The notes beneath the pieces were generated by a model. It was not told the origin of the DNA and did no database searches. It saw only the letters and a program-made list of their open reading frames with translations. The position numbers and the translations under genes are program-made. This document shows positions 18,570 through 28,102 of a DNA stretch of 64,000 bases, one piece after another; the stretch's first letter is position 1, and each line of letters begins with the position of its first letter. Origin of the DNA: an uncultured Candidatus Saccharibacteria bacterium (GTDB lineage Bacteria; Patescibacteriota; Minisyncoccia; Phycocordibacterales; CAIZLB01). The DNA lies in NCBI GenBank assembly GCA_964368945.1, contig CAYJDM010000002.1, positions 85,386-149,385 on the forward strand, in the 5' to 3' direction.

Positions 18570-20069
18570 ATGAATGGAAAATTCATGAGGGTGTTTTTTG
18601 TATCGATCGGCCTTGTCGGGACATATGCATTTAGACTGCATCAATTCCCAAAAGACGATGAAGTGCTGAGCCGTCTCGAAATATCGCCGGCTCCAGCATA
18701 CCGTGCTCGCATCGTCGATGAGCCGGATTCATCGATGTATGGCATTCGTGCCCGCGCCAAGATTGTGGCAGCATGCGATCATGTCGATGTCGCTGAATCA
18801 TGCGCGAAGATCGAGTCTGGTACTTTCGTTCAGATCTCATATTCGGAAAAGGCACTAGACCAGAAAGTGGAAGCGGGCGATCAGGTCTGGCTCACCGGAT
18901 CAGTCAAAAGGATGTCATTTCCGGAAGGCGAAGAATCGCTCGAGAATTTTTTCAAAAAACAAAAGATATTCTATGAGATCAAAAGCGCAAAAATCAGCCA
19001 TATCGAAAAACCTCCTTCGCTTAAAAGGCAACTCATTCGATTCAGGAAATCAATCGAAAAATCAATTGCAGATGCCTTGCCTCGACCCGATTCAGATTTG
19101 GCACAAGGCCTCGTCGTATCAGGAAAGGGAAGCATGTCAAAAGAACTGCTTGAAAAGTTCAAGCGAGTCGGATTGATCCATATCGTCGTATTATCAGGAT
19201 CCAACGTGTCTATCATAGCGGCCGCATTGATGTCTGCCTTGAGATTTTTGCCGCGCTTCATCGGTGGCGTAATTGGCCTGTTCGGGATGTCATTGTTTGC
19301 GTTGATGACGGGTGCGGCACCACCCGTTGTCAGATCAGTTCTGATGTCATCAATTCCGCTGGTTATTCCACTTTTCTATTTGCCGCGTCGTGGCTCAATC
19401 GATATCATCGTCGACTCAGGCGACCCTGATACTGTGAATAATAATCCTGCTGCAAAACGCGCGCAATTGACAGGCATTCAACTTCTGTGTCTTACCGGAT
19501 ATGTCATGTGTCTTTTTAATCCGCTCTACCTTCTGTACGATATTTCATTCCAGCTCAGCTTTATGGCAACGCTCGGACTTGTCCTATATACCGAGCCGAT
19601 CGCCAAGCGTTTGGCTTTTATTCCTGCCCGTTTCGGCTTGCGTGAGATCATAGCATCATCGCTTGGCACGCAGATTTTGGTCATGCCGCTTCTTTTGGAA
19701 ATAGGCGGAAGCATGTCGACTGTATTTCTTTTTGCCAATATCCTGGTGCTTCCATTGCTCCCTTTTGCCATGTTGTGCATATTCCTTACCTCGTTGTCGA
19801 GTTTCATTTTGCCCGCAGCTACGCATATCACCGGGCTTGTTTCATGGATTTTTATGGAATGGATATTGAGGGTAACGGATCTATTCTCTGGCTTTTCATT
19901 CGCTTCAGTCCATCTGATCGATATGGATAAAAAGGAGGTGCTCGTCTATTACTCAGTAGTTCTCTCGGCTACATGGGTTCTGTTCGCTGTCGCAAAGAGG
20001 CGGCGACTTAGGTTGGAGCTTCGTGCGGAATCGGTGCGAAACATAAGAACGAACAATGCCCCGGGCTAG
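18570..20069 (+). CDS. comEC: ComEC/Rec2 DNA-uptake channel, comprising the N-terminal OB (DUF4131) domain and the competence TM domain. The MBL domain is absent from this ORF.
   Basis: Signature GLIHIVVLSGSNVSIIAAAL (competence domain), plus multiple TM helices. Confidence 0.75.
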   Translation: MNGKFMRVFFVSIGLVGTYAFRLHQFPKDDEVLSRLEISPAPAYRARIVDEPDSSMYGIRARAKIVAACDHVDVAESCAKIESGTFVQISYSEKALDQKVEAGDQVWLTGSVKRMSFPEGEESLENFFKKQKIFYEIKSAKISHIEKPPSLKRQLIRFRKSIEKSIADALPRPDSDLAQGLVVSGKGSMSKELLEKFKRVGLIHIVVLSGSNVSIIAAALMSALRFLPRFIGGVIGLFGMSLFALMTGAAPPVVRSVLMSSIPLVIPLFYLPRRGSIDIIVDSGDPDTVNNNPAAKRAQLTGIQLLCLTGYVMCLFNPLYLLYDISFQLSFMATLGLVLYTEPIAKRLAFIPARFGLREIIASSLGTQILVMPLLLEIGGSMSTVFLFANILVLPLLPFAMLCIFLTSLSSFILPAATHITGLVSWIFMEWILRVTDLFSGFSFASVHLIDMDKKEVLVYYSVVLSATWVLFAVAKRRRLRLELRAESVRNIRTNNAPG

Positions 20070-20154
20070 CAGGGCATTGATTTCCTTGGTTCGATCTTGC
20101 GCCATCGGTCCCTTCGCAGGTCCCATACATGACAAAAGGTAGGACTGCGTGAAA

Positions 20155-20757
20155 CTACGCTGTGTATCGCTGTTCGACTACGGATGTATTGAGGTTGGCG
20201 AAGAATGCCTCGACGTATTTCTTCTTCTCGCTTGGCGCATAGTCGAGCATATATGAATGCTCCCACATGTCCAAAGCAAGGATGACCTTGAGGCCTGTCA
20301 GATGTCCTAGATGCTGCTCATCGATCCATGCATGAACGAGCTTGTCCGATGTCTGGTCATGATAAAGGATTGCCCAGCCGAGTCCTCGAGTCATTGCGAG
20401 CGCCTTGAATCTTTCGAGCCATGCATCAGTCGATCCCCAAGTCTCTGAAATCTTGGCAGCAAGCGCGCTATCAGAATTCCAGGCCTTTGCGCCGCCTTCA
20501 AGCTGTTCGAAATAATATTCGTGATTTCGCATGCCGTCGAATTCGAATCCGAATCGTCGCTGAAGCTCTCCGATCGTATATGCATTCTTCGCGGCTTCGT
20601 CAGGAGTCGCCGAAAGCTCGCTGACCTTTTCGAGGATCAGATTCGAATGCTTCACATAGCCTGCATAAAGCTTGAGGTGCTCTTCGATCGTCTTCGTCGA
20701 GATTCCTGGCAATTCAGGAAGTTCGAATTTCTTTTCCGTATACATAGATTGAGTCAT
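20155..20757 (-). CDS. sodA: Fe/Mn superoxide dismutase.
   Basis: DMWEHSYMLDY (DxWEHAYY motif). The metal-ligand His and Asp residues are in place. Confidence 0.85.
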   Translation of the reverse strand: MTQSMYTEKKFELPELPGISTKTIEEHLKLYAGYVKHSNLILEKVSELSATPDEAAKNAYTIGELQRRFGFEFDGMRNHEYYFEQLEGGAKAWNSDSALAAKISETWGSTDAWLERFKALAMTRGLGWAILYHDQTSDKLVHAWIDEQHLGHLTGLKVILALDMWEHSYMLDYAPSEKKKYVEAFFANLNTSVVEQRYTA

Positions 20758-20822
20758 GAATTGATATTAAATAATTGTAATTAAAATCACATTAACACAC
20801 ATTAGCACTGGTCACTTAACGA

Positions 20823-21998
20823 TTGAACATAATGCGCATATTGTCAAAATTAGTATATCACCGAATCATGCCTGGCTTGATTTTGATAGGATCGGCATTC
20901 ATGTTTTTCCAAATGCTCGGATTCATTTCCGAATACGCAGAGCTCGCACGCCGGCGCGAAATGAAAGTCAGCGAATTGATCATGGCAGATGTGGGTCAGG
21001 GCGATGGATTTATGATAAAAATCTGGAACGGCAATGTCATATTCGTTGATGTCGGAGAGTTTGCCGAAAAGTTCAAAACTGCGATTCGCAAGCCTTCGAT
21101 TCAGAACTTTGGAAAAAGGGAATCGATTCATTCAGATCTGATTTTCCTTTCTCATGATGATGCGGATCATGCCGAAGCTCTTGATGGGGTTTGGAAAGAT
21201 ATCGGCGGACATGTCGGAGCTATCGCGCTTTCAGGATATCGATATACATATGTCGATAAACTCAAAGAAAAAAATCCAAAAGCAAGGACGGTGAATGTTG
21301 CGGCCGGCGACTTGCTCACATTCTCGACAGGCGATTCGATCAAGATTATTTTCCCAAGAAATAATGCGAACGACACGAACGAAACCAGCAAAGAGTTGGA
21401 AAGATCTGCTAACGATGACTCGCTCGTCATGAAAACGACCGTTGGCTCGACATCGATTTTATTCACTGGTGACGCATCAGAAGTGGTGGAAAGAGAATTG
21501 ATCAAATCATCCGACTCGATTCAGCACGCCGGAAAACTCAAGGAACTCAAGACCGATATATTGAAAGTCGGACATCATGGATCCAAGACATCGTCCAGCG
21601 AAGATTTTATCAAAATGACAAATCCAAAAATTGCGCTCATATCCGTCGGAAAGAATAATCGATATAAGCATCCTACGGTCGAGGCTTTGCAAAGACTGGC
21701 TCAAAATGGCCGAGACATAATTCGCACTGATCAATGCGGCACATATCGAATCGTGCTTTTTGAAAATGGAGCGATCGGGCGAAGACATTGCGCTGCTTCT
21801 GATGCCGTCATTCAGGTCAAGTCTGCCAAGGCGACAAGCACTAAAAAGACATCGACAAAAAAAGCGACAACGACCAAGAAAATAAAGAAGCCAGCAACCC
21901 CAAAAAAGTCTGAGTCAGAACCAAAACCAAGGTCAAAGCCGAAAAAGAAAAAACCGACTCCATCTAAGGAATCGGCTTCTTCCAGTTCATCCGGATAG
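20823..21998 (+). CDS. ComEC-type metallo-beta-lactamase domain protein, with one N-terminal TM helix and a Lys/Thr/Pro-rich C-terminal tail.
   Basis: DVGQGDG, HDDADH and VGHHGSK motifs typical of the ComEC C-terminal MBL domain. Tail: KKTSTKKATTTKKIKKPATPKK... Confidence 0.7.
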   Translation: MNIMRILSKLVYHRIMPGLILIGSAFMFFQMLGFISEYAELARRREMKVSELIMADVGQGDGFMIKIWNGNVIFVDVGEFAEKFKTAIRKPSIQNFGKRESIHSDLIFLSHDDADHAEALDGVWKDIGGHVGAIALSGYRYTYVDKLKEKNPKARTVNVAAGDLLTFSTGDSIKIIFPRNNANDTNETSKELERSANDDSLVMKTTVGSTSILFTGDASEVVERELIKSSDSIQHAGKLKELKTDILKVGHHGSKTSSSEDFIKMTNPKIALISVGKNNRYKHPTVEALQRLAQNGRDIIRTDQCGTYRIVLFENGAIGRRHCAASDAVIQVKSAKATSTKKTSTKKATTTKKIKKPATPKKSESEPKPRSKPKKKKPTPSKESASSSSSG

Positions 21999-22003
21999 AT
22001 GGC

Positions 22004-22246
22004 TTAGATGATCTTGGCTTTCTTGAGAGTGGCGAAAGCGCCCTTCTTCTGGATGGTCTTGAGAGCTCGAGTTGAAAGAGTCAATCGAACAGACTTTCCG
22101 ATTTCAGGGATGAAGATCTTCTTTGTCTGAAGGTTGGCATATCGTCGAACCTTGCCTACAGGGTTATACTGCGTGGCTCGAGTTTCGTTTGAGTAGCGGC
22201 CTCCCATCTGAGAGCTTCTCTTTGTAATTGCGCAAACTTTTGTCAT
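22004..22246 (-). CDS. rpmB: 50S ribosomal protein L28.
   Basis: The C-terminal 80 aa of the table ORF (MTKVCAITKRSSQMGGRYSNE...TRALKTIQKKG) match L28. The ATG is at 22244-22246 on the minus strand. Confidence 0.75.
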   Translation of the reverse strand: MTKVCAITKRSSQMGGRYSNETRATQYNPVGKVRRYANLQTKKIFIPEIGKSVRLTLSTRALKTIQKKGAFATLKKAKII

Positions 22247-22256
22247 ATGTAGGAGC

Positions 22257-22898
22257 ATGTTATCATATATTTCACGTTTGGCAACAGTTATGACTACCAT
22301 AGCCCTATTTTCATTTCTCATACTCATCATGTCCGTGGTCGTCCACGAGGTGTCCCACGGTATAGTGGCTCTTTGGCAGGGGGACGAGACCGCAAAGAGG
22401 GCAGGACGGCTTACTTTGAACCCGATTAGCCACATTGACCTCTTCGGGTCTGTTCTTTTCCCATTGGCCTGCATCCTCCTTTCGACAGGGGTTATCCTAG
22501 GCTGGGCAAAGCCTGTGCCTATAAACCCCTATAATTTCAAGAATCGCCGCTTTGGGGAGGCTTTCGTAGCCTTTGCCGGCCCGCTCTCGAATATCCTTAT
22601 CGCCATTGTGGCCGGCCTTTATTTGCGATTCATGGGGGCGGGTATACCTATATATATGATAGAGCTGCTCCAGGCGACTGTTCTGATCAACCTGGTTTTG
22701 GCTATTTTCAACCTCGTGCCGCTGCCGCCATTGGATGGTTCCAAGATCCTGTACTCTTTTTTTCCTGAGAAAATGAGCAGATTCATGCGAGCCTTCGAGG
22801 GTTATGGCCTTATTGTTACGCTTCTTTTCGTATTTTTGTTCATCCGGGTACTGGATCCGGTCATTATTTTCATATACAGGCTGATTGTAGGGGTATAG
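22257..22898 (+). CDS. Site-2 protease family (M50) zinc metalloprotease.
   Basis: HEVSHG (HExxH) in TM1 and NLVPLPPLDGS (LDG motif). Confidence 0.7.
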   Translation: MLSYISRLATVMTTIALFSFLILIMSVVVHEVSHGIVALWQGDETAKRAGRLTLNPISHIDLFGSVLFPLACILLSTGVILGWAKPVPINPYNFKNRRFGEAFVAFAGPLSNILIAIVAGLYLRFMGAGIPIYMIELLQATVLINLVLAIFNLVPLPPLDGSKILYSFFPEKMSRFMRAFEGYGLIVTLLFVFLFIRVLDPVIIFIYRLIVGV

Positions 22899-22962
22899 AT
22901 GTAAAAGCACGGCTAAAAATAAGGTTCTTTGCCGTGTATTCCCTAAGCGTGGATTAGATATA

Positions 22963-23001
22963 TTGACAATATTGCATATATATGATATTATATATATGCA
23001 A
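22963..23001 (+). promoter_or_regulatory. Consensus sigma70-type promoter (TTGACA-17-TATTAT) overlapped by a 30-bp palindrome, TTGCATATATAT-GATATT-ATATATATGCAA. Putative operator.
   Basis: Hexamers at 22963-22968 and 22986-22991. The 12-bp perfect inverted-repeat arms are at 22972-22983 and 22990-23001. Confidence 0.5.
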
Positions 23002-23037
23002 TAGCAATTCAGACTAACCCACCAACCCGGTAAAATC

Positions 23038-23319
23038 ATGCACGCATTCCAGTTCATTCAGCAAATCATCGATGAAAATCCCAAAGCTTCTGCCTGTGCC
23101 CATGTTTTCATGGCGTATACAAGGGATGCTCTCAATACGAGCGCTACCTTGGTGGCCAACGGTCAGAAGGGTCTGGTGAAGACCAGGATTCTGACCTTTA
23201 ACGAAGTCTACGACGGCCTTCAGGGCATCGCTAGCGAATGGCCAGCCTCGGCGCGCCAGGAGATTCTGAAGGAGGCCATGGACATCGCGGATTTCATCCA
23301 CGGTCTCCAGCTCAGATGA
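23038..23319 (+). CDS. Hypothetical 93-aa protein downstream of the palindromic promoter.
   Basis: An ORF with a promoter upstream and a terminator downstream. No recognisable domain. Confidence 0.3.
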   Translation: MHAFQFIQQIIDENPKASACAHVFMAYTRDALNTSATLVANGQKGLVKTRILTFNEVYDGLQGIASEWPASARQEILKEAMDIADFIHGLQLR

Positions 23320-23347
23320 GCGACCCTGCCAGGTAACTGGCCCGGAA

Positions 23348-23385
23348 CCCGAGTCCCGCTTTATGCGGCGCTCGGGTTTTCTTCT
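23348..23385 (+). terminator. Rho-independent terminator after the small ORF.
   Basis: CCCGAG...CTCGGG stem with GC extension, followed by TTTT. Confidence 0.55.
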
Positions 23386-23524
23386 TGGCTGTTTTTGACT
23401 GATATTGCCAAATATCGAGGTAAAACCCCTTGCCTTTCCTCTTTATATATAGTAATCTTCAGCCTACTAATTGAGGTCACGGCTATTAGCTTTGCCCCTA
23501 AATTAAGTTAAATCAAGTTACGTA

Positions 23525-23941
23525 ATGCCTACATTAAATCAATTAATCAAGAAGAATCGAAACAAGACAAAGCGAAAGAGCAAGGCCATTGCTCTTACGA
23601 AGGGTTTTAACCATATCCAGAACCGACCTATCTCTTATAACTCGCCATTCAAGCGAGGCGTTTGCACGAAGGTTACTACCAAGACTCCAAAGAAGCCTAA
23701 CTCAGCCGTTCGAAAGATCGCCCGAGTTCGACTTACAAATGGAATGGAAGTAACGGCGTACATCCCGGGAGAAGGCCATAACTTGCAGGAGCACTCAGTA
23801 GTGCTTCTACGAGGAGGACGAGTAAAGGATGTAGGACTCCGATACACTATTGTCCGAGGAAAGCTTGACTGTTCAGGCGTAGAGAAGCGACGAAAGGAGC
23901 GATCTGCATACGGAACAAAGCGACCTAAGGCGGCTAAGTAA
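23525..23941 (+). CDS. rpsL: 30S ribosomal protein S12.
   Basis: Full-length match, including PNSAVRK and GGRVKDLPGVRY-like motifs. Confidence 0.95.
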   Translation: MPTLNQLIKKNRNKTKRKSKAIALTKGFNHIQNRPISYNSPFKRGVCTKVTTKTPKKPNSAVRKIARVRLTNGMEVTAYIPGEGHNLQEHSVVLLRGGRVKDVGLRYTIVRGKLDCSGVEKRRKERSAYGTKRPKAAK

Positions 23942-24043
23942 GCATTGCGAGATTGATTTACAAAACTGCAGAGTAAGCCTATATAAAGCGATATAGACTG
24001 AATAACTGCCCAACGATTACAACCCTAAGACTAAACAAACAAA

Positions 24044-24514
24044 ATGCGACGAAAAATAAAGCGAAAAAATACTACCCAGCCTGATACGAAGTACAATTCT
24101 TTGTCAGTTGGAAAGTTTATCAACCACATCATGCTTGATGGAAAGAAAGTAACGGCTATGAAGCTCGTTTACGATGCTTTCGACAAGATTGCTGATATGG
24201 CCAAGACTGAGAACCCTCTCGAGATTTTCGATACAGCCCTTAAGAATGCGGCCCCTACGGTAGAAGTGCGATCACGACGAGTCGGAGGCGCCAACTACCA
24301 GGTTCCACGAGAGGTTCGACCTGAGCGAAAGGATTACCTAGGCATGACATGGATCATCCAGGCAGCCCGAGCAAAGAAAGGACAGCCAATGCACCAGAAG
24401 CTAGCTATCGAGATTCTCGCTGCTTCAAAGAATGAAGGAGAAGCGGTCAAGAAGAAGGAGAATACTCACAAAATGGCTGACGCCAATAAGGCCTTCGCTC
24501 ACTTCGCCTGGTAA
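24044..24514 (+). CDS. rpsG: 30S ribosomal protein S7.
   Basis: Full-length S7 similarity (VEVRSRRVGGANYQVP). Confidence 0.95.
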   Translation: MRRKIKRKNTTQPDTKYNSLSVGKFINHIMLDGKKVTAMKLVYDAFDKIADMAKTENPLEIFDTALKNAAPTVEVRSRRVGGANYQVPREVRPERKDYLGMTWIIQAARAKKGQPMHQKLAIEILAASKNEGEAVKKKENTHKMADANKAFAHFAW

Positions 24515-24628
24515 TAAAGTCTCTATTTTTGGCTACGAAGCTTCGGCTCGACCTCGCAGTACTATAGTACAGCTTCGGTCTGTGCCTCGCTTCTCGCTCA
24601 AAAATATAAACTTTATAAATACAGATAC

Positions 24629-24660
24629 AAAAAGCACCCACGTCGGGTGCTTTTTGTTTG
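24629..24660 (+). terminator. Rho-independent terminator after rpsG.
   Basis: AAAAAGCACCC-ACGTC-GGGTGCTTTTTGTTT. Confidence 0.8.
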
Positions 24661-24733
24661 GTATCTCGGGATCGGACAATTTCGTTCGTGATACAATTAC
24701 CGCATACAAGCTAAATATTAGATATTTTTTATT

Positions 24734-27700
24734 ATGTCAAAGTTCATTATCTCTACACTCGTTGCATTGCTCGGCATCATCCAGGCATTCGTACCTGCGA
24801 GCGCATTCGCGGCTGCAAAGACGATTGAGGAAATCGGATTGACTCCGAACGATGTAAAGAATCTCACGAAGGACCAGATTCAGGGTCTCTTGGATTCAGC
24901 AACGGTAACGTATGTCGATGGCAAGGAGCCGGCGGCTGATGCGGCGACTCCTCTTCTCCCGAATACGGTTAATTGCTTCGATAACTATTCCTTCGGAAGC
25001 GTTCAGGCAAACCTCGTGCCATCGGTAAGCAGCGCGGTTTCTGGATCGCAGATCACATTCTCCGGAAATATAGTGAATGGCAATGCATATCCGGTAGTGA
25101 ACGGAACCCTTGTCGTGAAGATATTCAAGGCGGCCGGCAATGGCCAGAAGAATATCGATGCGGATGATGTCGTGGATGAATTCAATGCGGTAACGAATGT
25201 GAATCTTCCTGCAAACGGAACATTGCCAGTAAGCGTGGATTGGAAAATTCCCGCATTCTTGGATTCTGGATCATACAAGGCAGTCACATTCTTCGTCGTT
25301 GCGGGAAAGTTCAATCTCCTCGGACTGACTTTCACTGATGACATTGTCGGCAACACCGCTGATTTCTCTGTCACGGGCGAAACCGGCGCGGTTCGATTCG
25401 ACAAGAGCACGGTAAATATGAATGGCGGCAAATTCTACTTCGCAGCATATCCTCCTCGAATCGCAGATGATCAGGTAAAAATCACCGCGACTCTCGTAAA
25501 TACGACATCCGTTGAGCAGACGGTTCCTGTTGCATGGCAGGCATATTCTTGGGATGCACAGCATGAATCCAACTTCATCGAGAGCGATATTCAGACAGTA
25601 AGGGTTCCTGCAAATGGCAAAGTCGAAACAAGCCATACCGTTTCTGATAAGGCGAATTCCGTCTATTATGTGCGCGCAGTCGCTGAATCAAATGGGGTAA
25701 AATCAATCATCGGCACGCGATTCGTTCGGCCTGATGCGAATAAGCTGAGAATCAACTTCCCATCGATTGCGAAATTCCCTCTCGTGAAAGGAGAGAAGAC
25801 GGATATTTTCTCATGCCTACACGCTACGAATGATATGGCTGGACCTGCAGATGGAAAGCTTGTCCTGACGCTCAAGGATAAGGTGGGCAAAGTGATTCAC
25901 TCATATGAATATAAAGGACCGGTAACGAGCAGCATGATGGGGGTCAAAGACAGCTTTGTTCCTGATGCTGATTACGATGAATTGACGCTCAAGGCGGAAT
26001 TGTACCAGGGCGAAGCATTGGTAGATAATGTCGAATTGACATATGACTGCAAAGTCATCGATCCGGCGGCTTGTGCTGACAATGGAATGATCATCAAGAT
26101 CGTGCTTGGCATAATCGCGGCATTGGCAATCGTCTTTATCCTGATACTCGCATTCAAGAGAAAGCCGAAGGTGACTGCTACGAGCGCGGTAATGATGCTG
26201 CTTCTCGCATTCGGCTGGACTGCATTTACGAGCAATACGTCTGCTCAGAATTGGTGGGAGAGCGCGGTATTGCCAGGCGAAGCTCGATGGGAAGGAACCG
26301 CTCCGCGCATGAGCACATCGTGGGGAGGCCAGAGGTCTGAGCTTGAAAATGTCCATATAAAGGTCAGATACAGAACGCAGATCGCAAAAGAATCCGGCGA
26401 GGCATTATTGGGCGGCGAGACATTGACGCCAGGAACAAAGGTTAAGCTCAAAGTGCTTCCGTATGAATCCAATGATATCTACTGGTTCGGTCTGGGAGGA
26501 GTATACGATTCTCCTTTTGGAGAATGGCGAGCCGGATCGACTCCGCCGGCGGCCGGATGTCAGGATAAGGATTATACGAGCTTGGGAATCTCGGGTATTC
26601 CGACCGTGACTTCCGTATATCACAGATATATGTTTTTCGATCTCGTGATGAGTCCTCCGACTGCATCTATCGCGGAAACGCAGAATCTCGATTGCGGCGC
26701 ATTGGTTGGCGGAGTTGCGACATGCAGCGTGGTTGCAGAAGGTCCTGTAAAGGCATCGTTCAAATTCACGCCGACGACTGGAAAATTCTATTATAGCTAT
26801 TTCAATAGAAAGCCATTTGAAGGCCTTGCCAATCCCAAGCCATTGTCTCAGGTTTCTGCAGCAGACAGGGCGGCTTGTTTGGCTCAGACCGAGGAATTTG
26901 GAGGGTATACGGTATCCGTGCCTGAGATTACGAAGCCGTATACGTTCGTTGCCGATGCCGATCCTGAAAACCAGCCGCCGACAGTTCCCGTTGTTACGGG
27001 TACGGGTTGGGCGAAACCTGGCCAATCATATTCATTCAGCTCGGTTTCGACAGATCCAGACGGCGATCAGATACGATATGCAGTTGATTTCGACAGCAAT
27101 GGAATTACGGATACCTCGCTTCCTGGAAGCGGCTATGTAAGCAGCGGCGCGGCGATGTCGACATCAAAGTCATGGGCAGCGCTCGGAACATATACGATCA
27201 AGGTTAAGGCAGAGGATACGCCAGGAGGGCTATCTTCGGGCTGGGCTACTCATCAGGTAATAGTAAGCGAAGAGGATCCATTCAATGGCGTGACTCCTCC
27301 TACGAATAATCCGATCGATGGCAAATGCGTGCCAGGATCAGACGGTTGCAGAACGTCTTGCGGCGATGTCGCTCCGATTGAGCGAGGAAGGACACTAACA
27401 ATTTCAACTCCTGGTCTTTGTAGTGCGGATGCCGTGGCGATGTCTCCCGGGACGACCCTTACTGGCTTTACATGGAAATGCCAGGGAGCATGGCAGACGG
27501 TTCCTCAGAACTGTAATGTAGCTTGCGAAACCGGCATATATTCTCCGATCGCCGGCGCTTGCGCTGATTCGGTGGCCGACTATTGTCCAAATCTAGATGG
27601 AGACCAGACCGATGCAAGCAAATACGATATCGTGAAGGATCCAGCGACTGGGGTAAATCGATGTATGCCAAAGGCTAGCATCAAATACTTCAAGTTCTCT

Positions 27701-27964
27701 CCGGACCAGGCTCTCGAGAATTGTCCGGCATATTGGGATACCGAATTGCCCGATGCATCGCTTAAGTTCAGCACGGTCTGCAAGATAAATGGCGGAGCTA
27801 CCGTTCCGGGAAAGAATCTTCTTCCAGGCGGAGCAGCCACATTCCTGCAGCCGGTAGGCAGACTTCATAGCCTGACATGCGCCATCTCCGACCTTGAAGG
27901 AGTTGCCAAGACCCTCACATCCGTAGCTCGATGCTATAGAATAGGCGAGCAGGTTGAGGATTAG
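24734..27964 (+). CDS. Large (1076 aa) cell-surface protein with a signal peptide, two central TM helices and a PKD-like domain.
   Basis: N-terminal signal peptide. TM pair around aa 460-500 (IIKIVLGIIAALAIVFILILAF / AVMMLLLAFGWTAF). PKD-like segment SVSTDPDGDQIRYAVDFDSNG. Confidence 0.6.
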   Translation: MSKFIISTLVALLGIIQAFVPASAFAAAKTIEEIGLTPNDVKNLTKDQIQGLLDSATVTYVDGKEPAADAATPLLPNTVNCFDNYSFGSVQANLVPSVSSAVSGSQITFSGNIVNGNAYPVVNGTLVVKIFKAAGNGQKNIDADDVVDEFNAVTNVNLPANGTLPVSVDWKIPAFLDSGSYKAVTFFVVAGKFNLLGLTFTDDIVGNTADFSVTGETGAVRFDKSTVNMNGGKFYFAAYPPRIADDQVKITATLVNTTSVEQTVPVAWQAYSWDAQHESNFIESDIQTVRVPANGKVETSHTVSDKANSVYYVRAVAESNGVKSIIGTRFVRPDANKLRINFPSIAKFPLVKGEKTDIFSCLHATNDMAGPADGKLVLTLKDKVGKVIHSYEYKGPVTSSMMGVKDSFVPDADYDELTLKAELYQGEALVDNVELTYDCKVIDPAACADNGMIIKIVLGIIAALAIVFILILAFKRKPKVTATSAVMMLLLAFGWTAFTSNTSAQNWWESAVLPGEARWEGTAPRMSTSWGGQRSELENVHIKVRYRTQIAKESGEALLGGETLTPGTKVKLKVLPYESNDIYWFGLGGVYDSPFGEWRAGSTPPAAGCQDKDYTSLGISGIPTVTSVYHRYMFFDLVMSPPTASIAETQNLDCGALVGGVATCSVVAEGPVKASFKFTPTTGKFYYSYFNRKPFEGLANPKPLSQVSAADRAACLAQTEEFGGYTVSVPEITKPYTFVADADPENQPPTVPVVTGTGWAKPGQSYSFSSVSTDPDGDQIRYAVDFDSNGITDTSLPGSGYVSSGAAMSTSKSWAALGTYTIKVKAEDTPGGLSSGWATHQVIVSEEDPFNGVTPPTNNPIDGKCVPGSDGCRTSCGDVAPIERGRTLTISTPGLCSADAVAMSPGTTLTGFTWKCQGAWQTVPQNCNVACETGIYSPIAGACADSVADYCPNLDGDQTDASKYDIVKDPATGVNRCMPKASIKYFKFSPDQALENCPAYWDTELPDASLKFSTVCKINGGATVPGKNLLPGGAATFLQPVGRLHSLTCAISDLEGVAKTLTSVARCYRIGEQVED

Positions 27965-28102
27965 TCCGCAATAAGGCTGACAAAGCCGACAAAACCGCCT
28001 TTCCGGAAACGGAGGGCGGTTTTGCTTTGCATGGGCATTTTTTTGCCTAAAAATACTCGAATCTTCGCTATAAATTGACCGGAATCTCGTTGCAAAAACG
28101 TC

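Noticed and set aside
22497-23057. 186-aa minus-strand ORF overlapping the M50 protease gene
   Set aside because: It is antisense to a well-supported HExxH...LDG protease and has a low-complexity composition. It is judged spurious.
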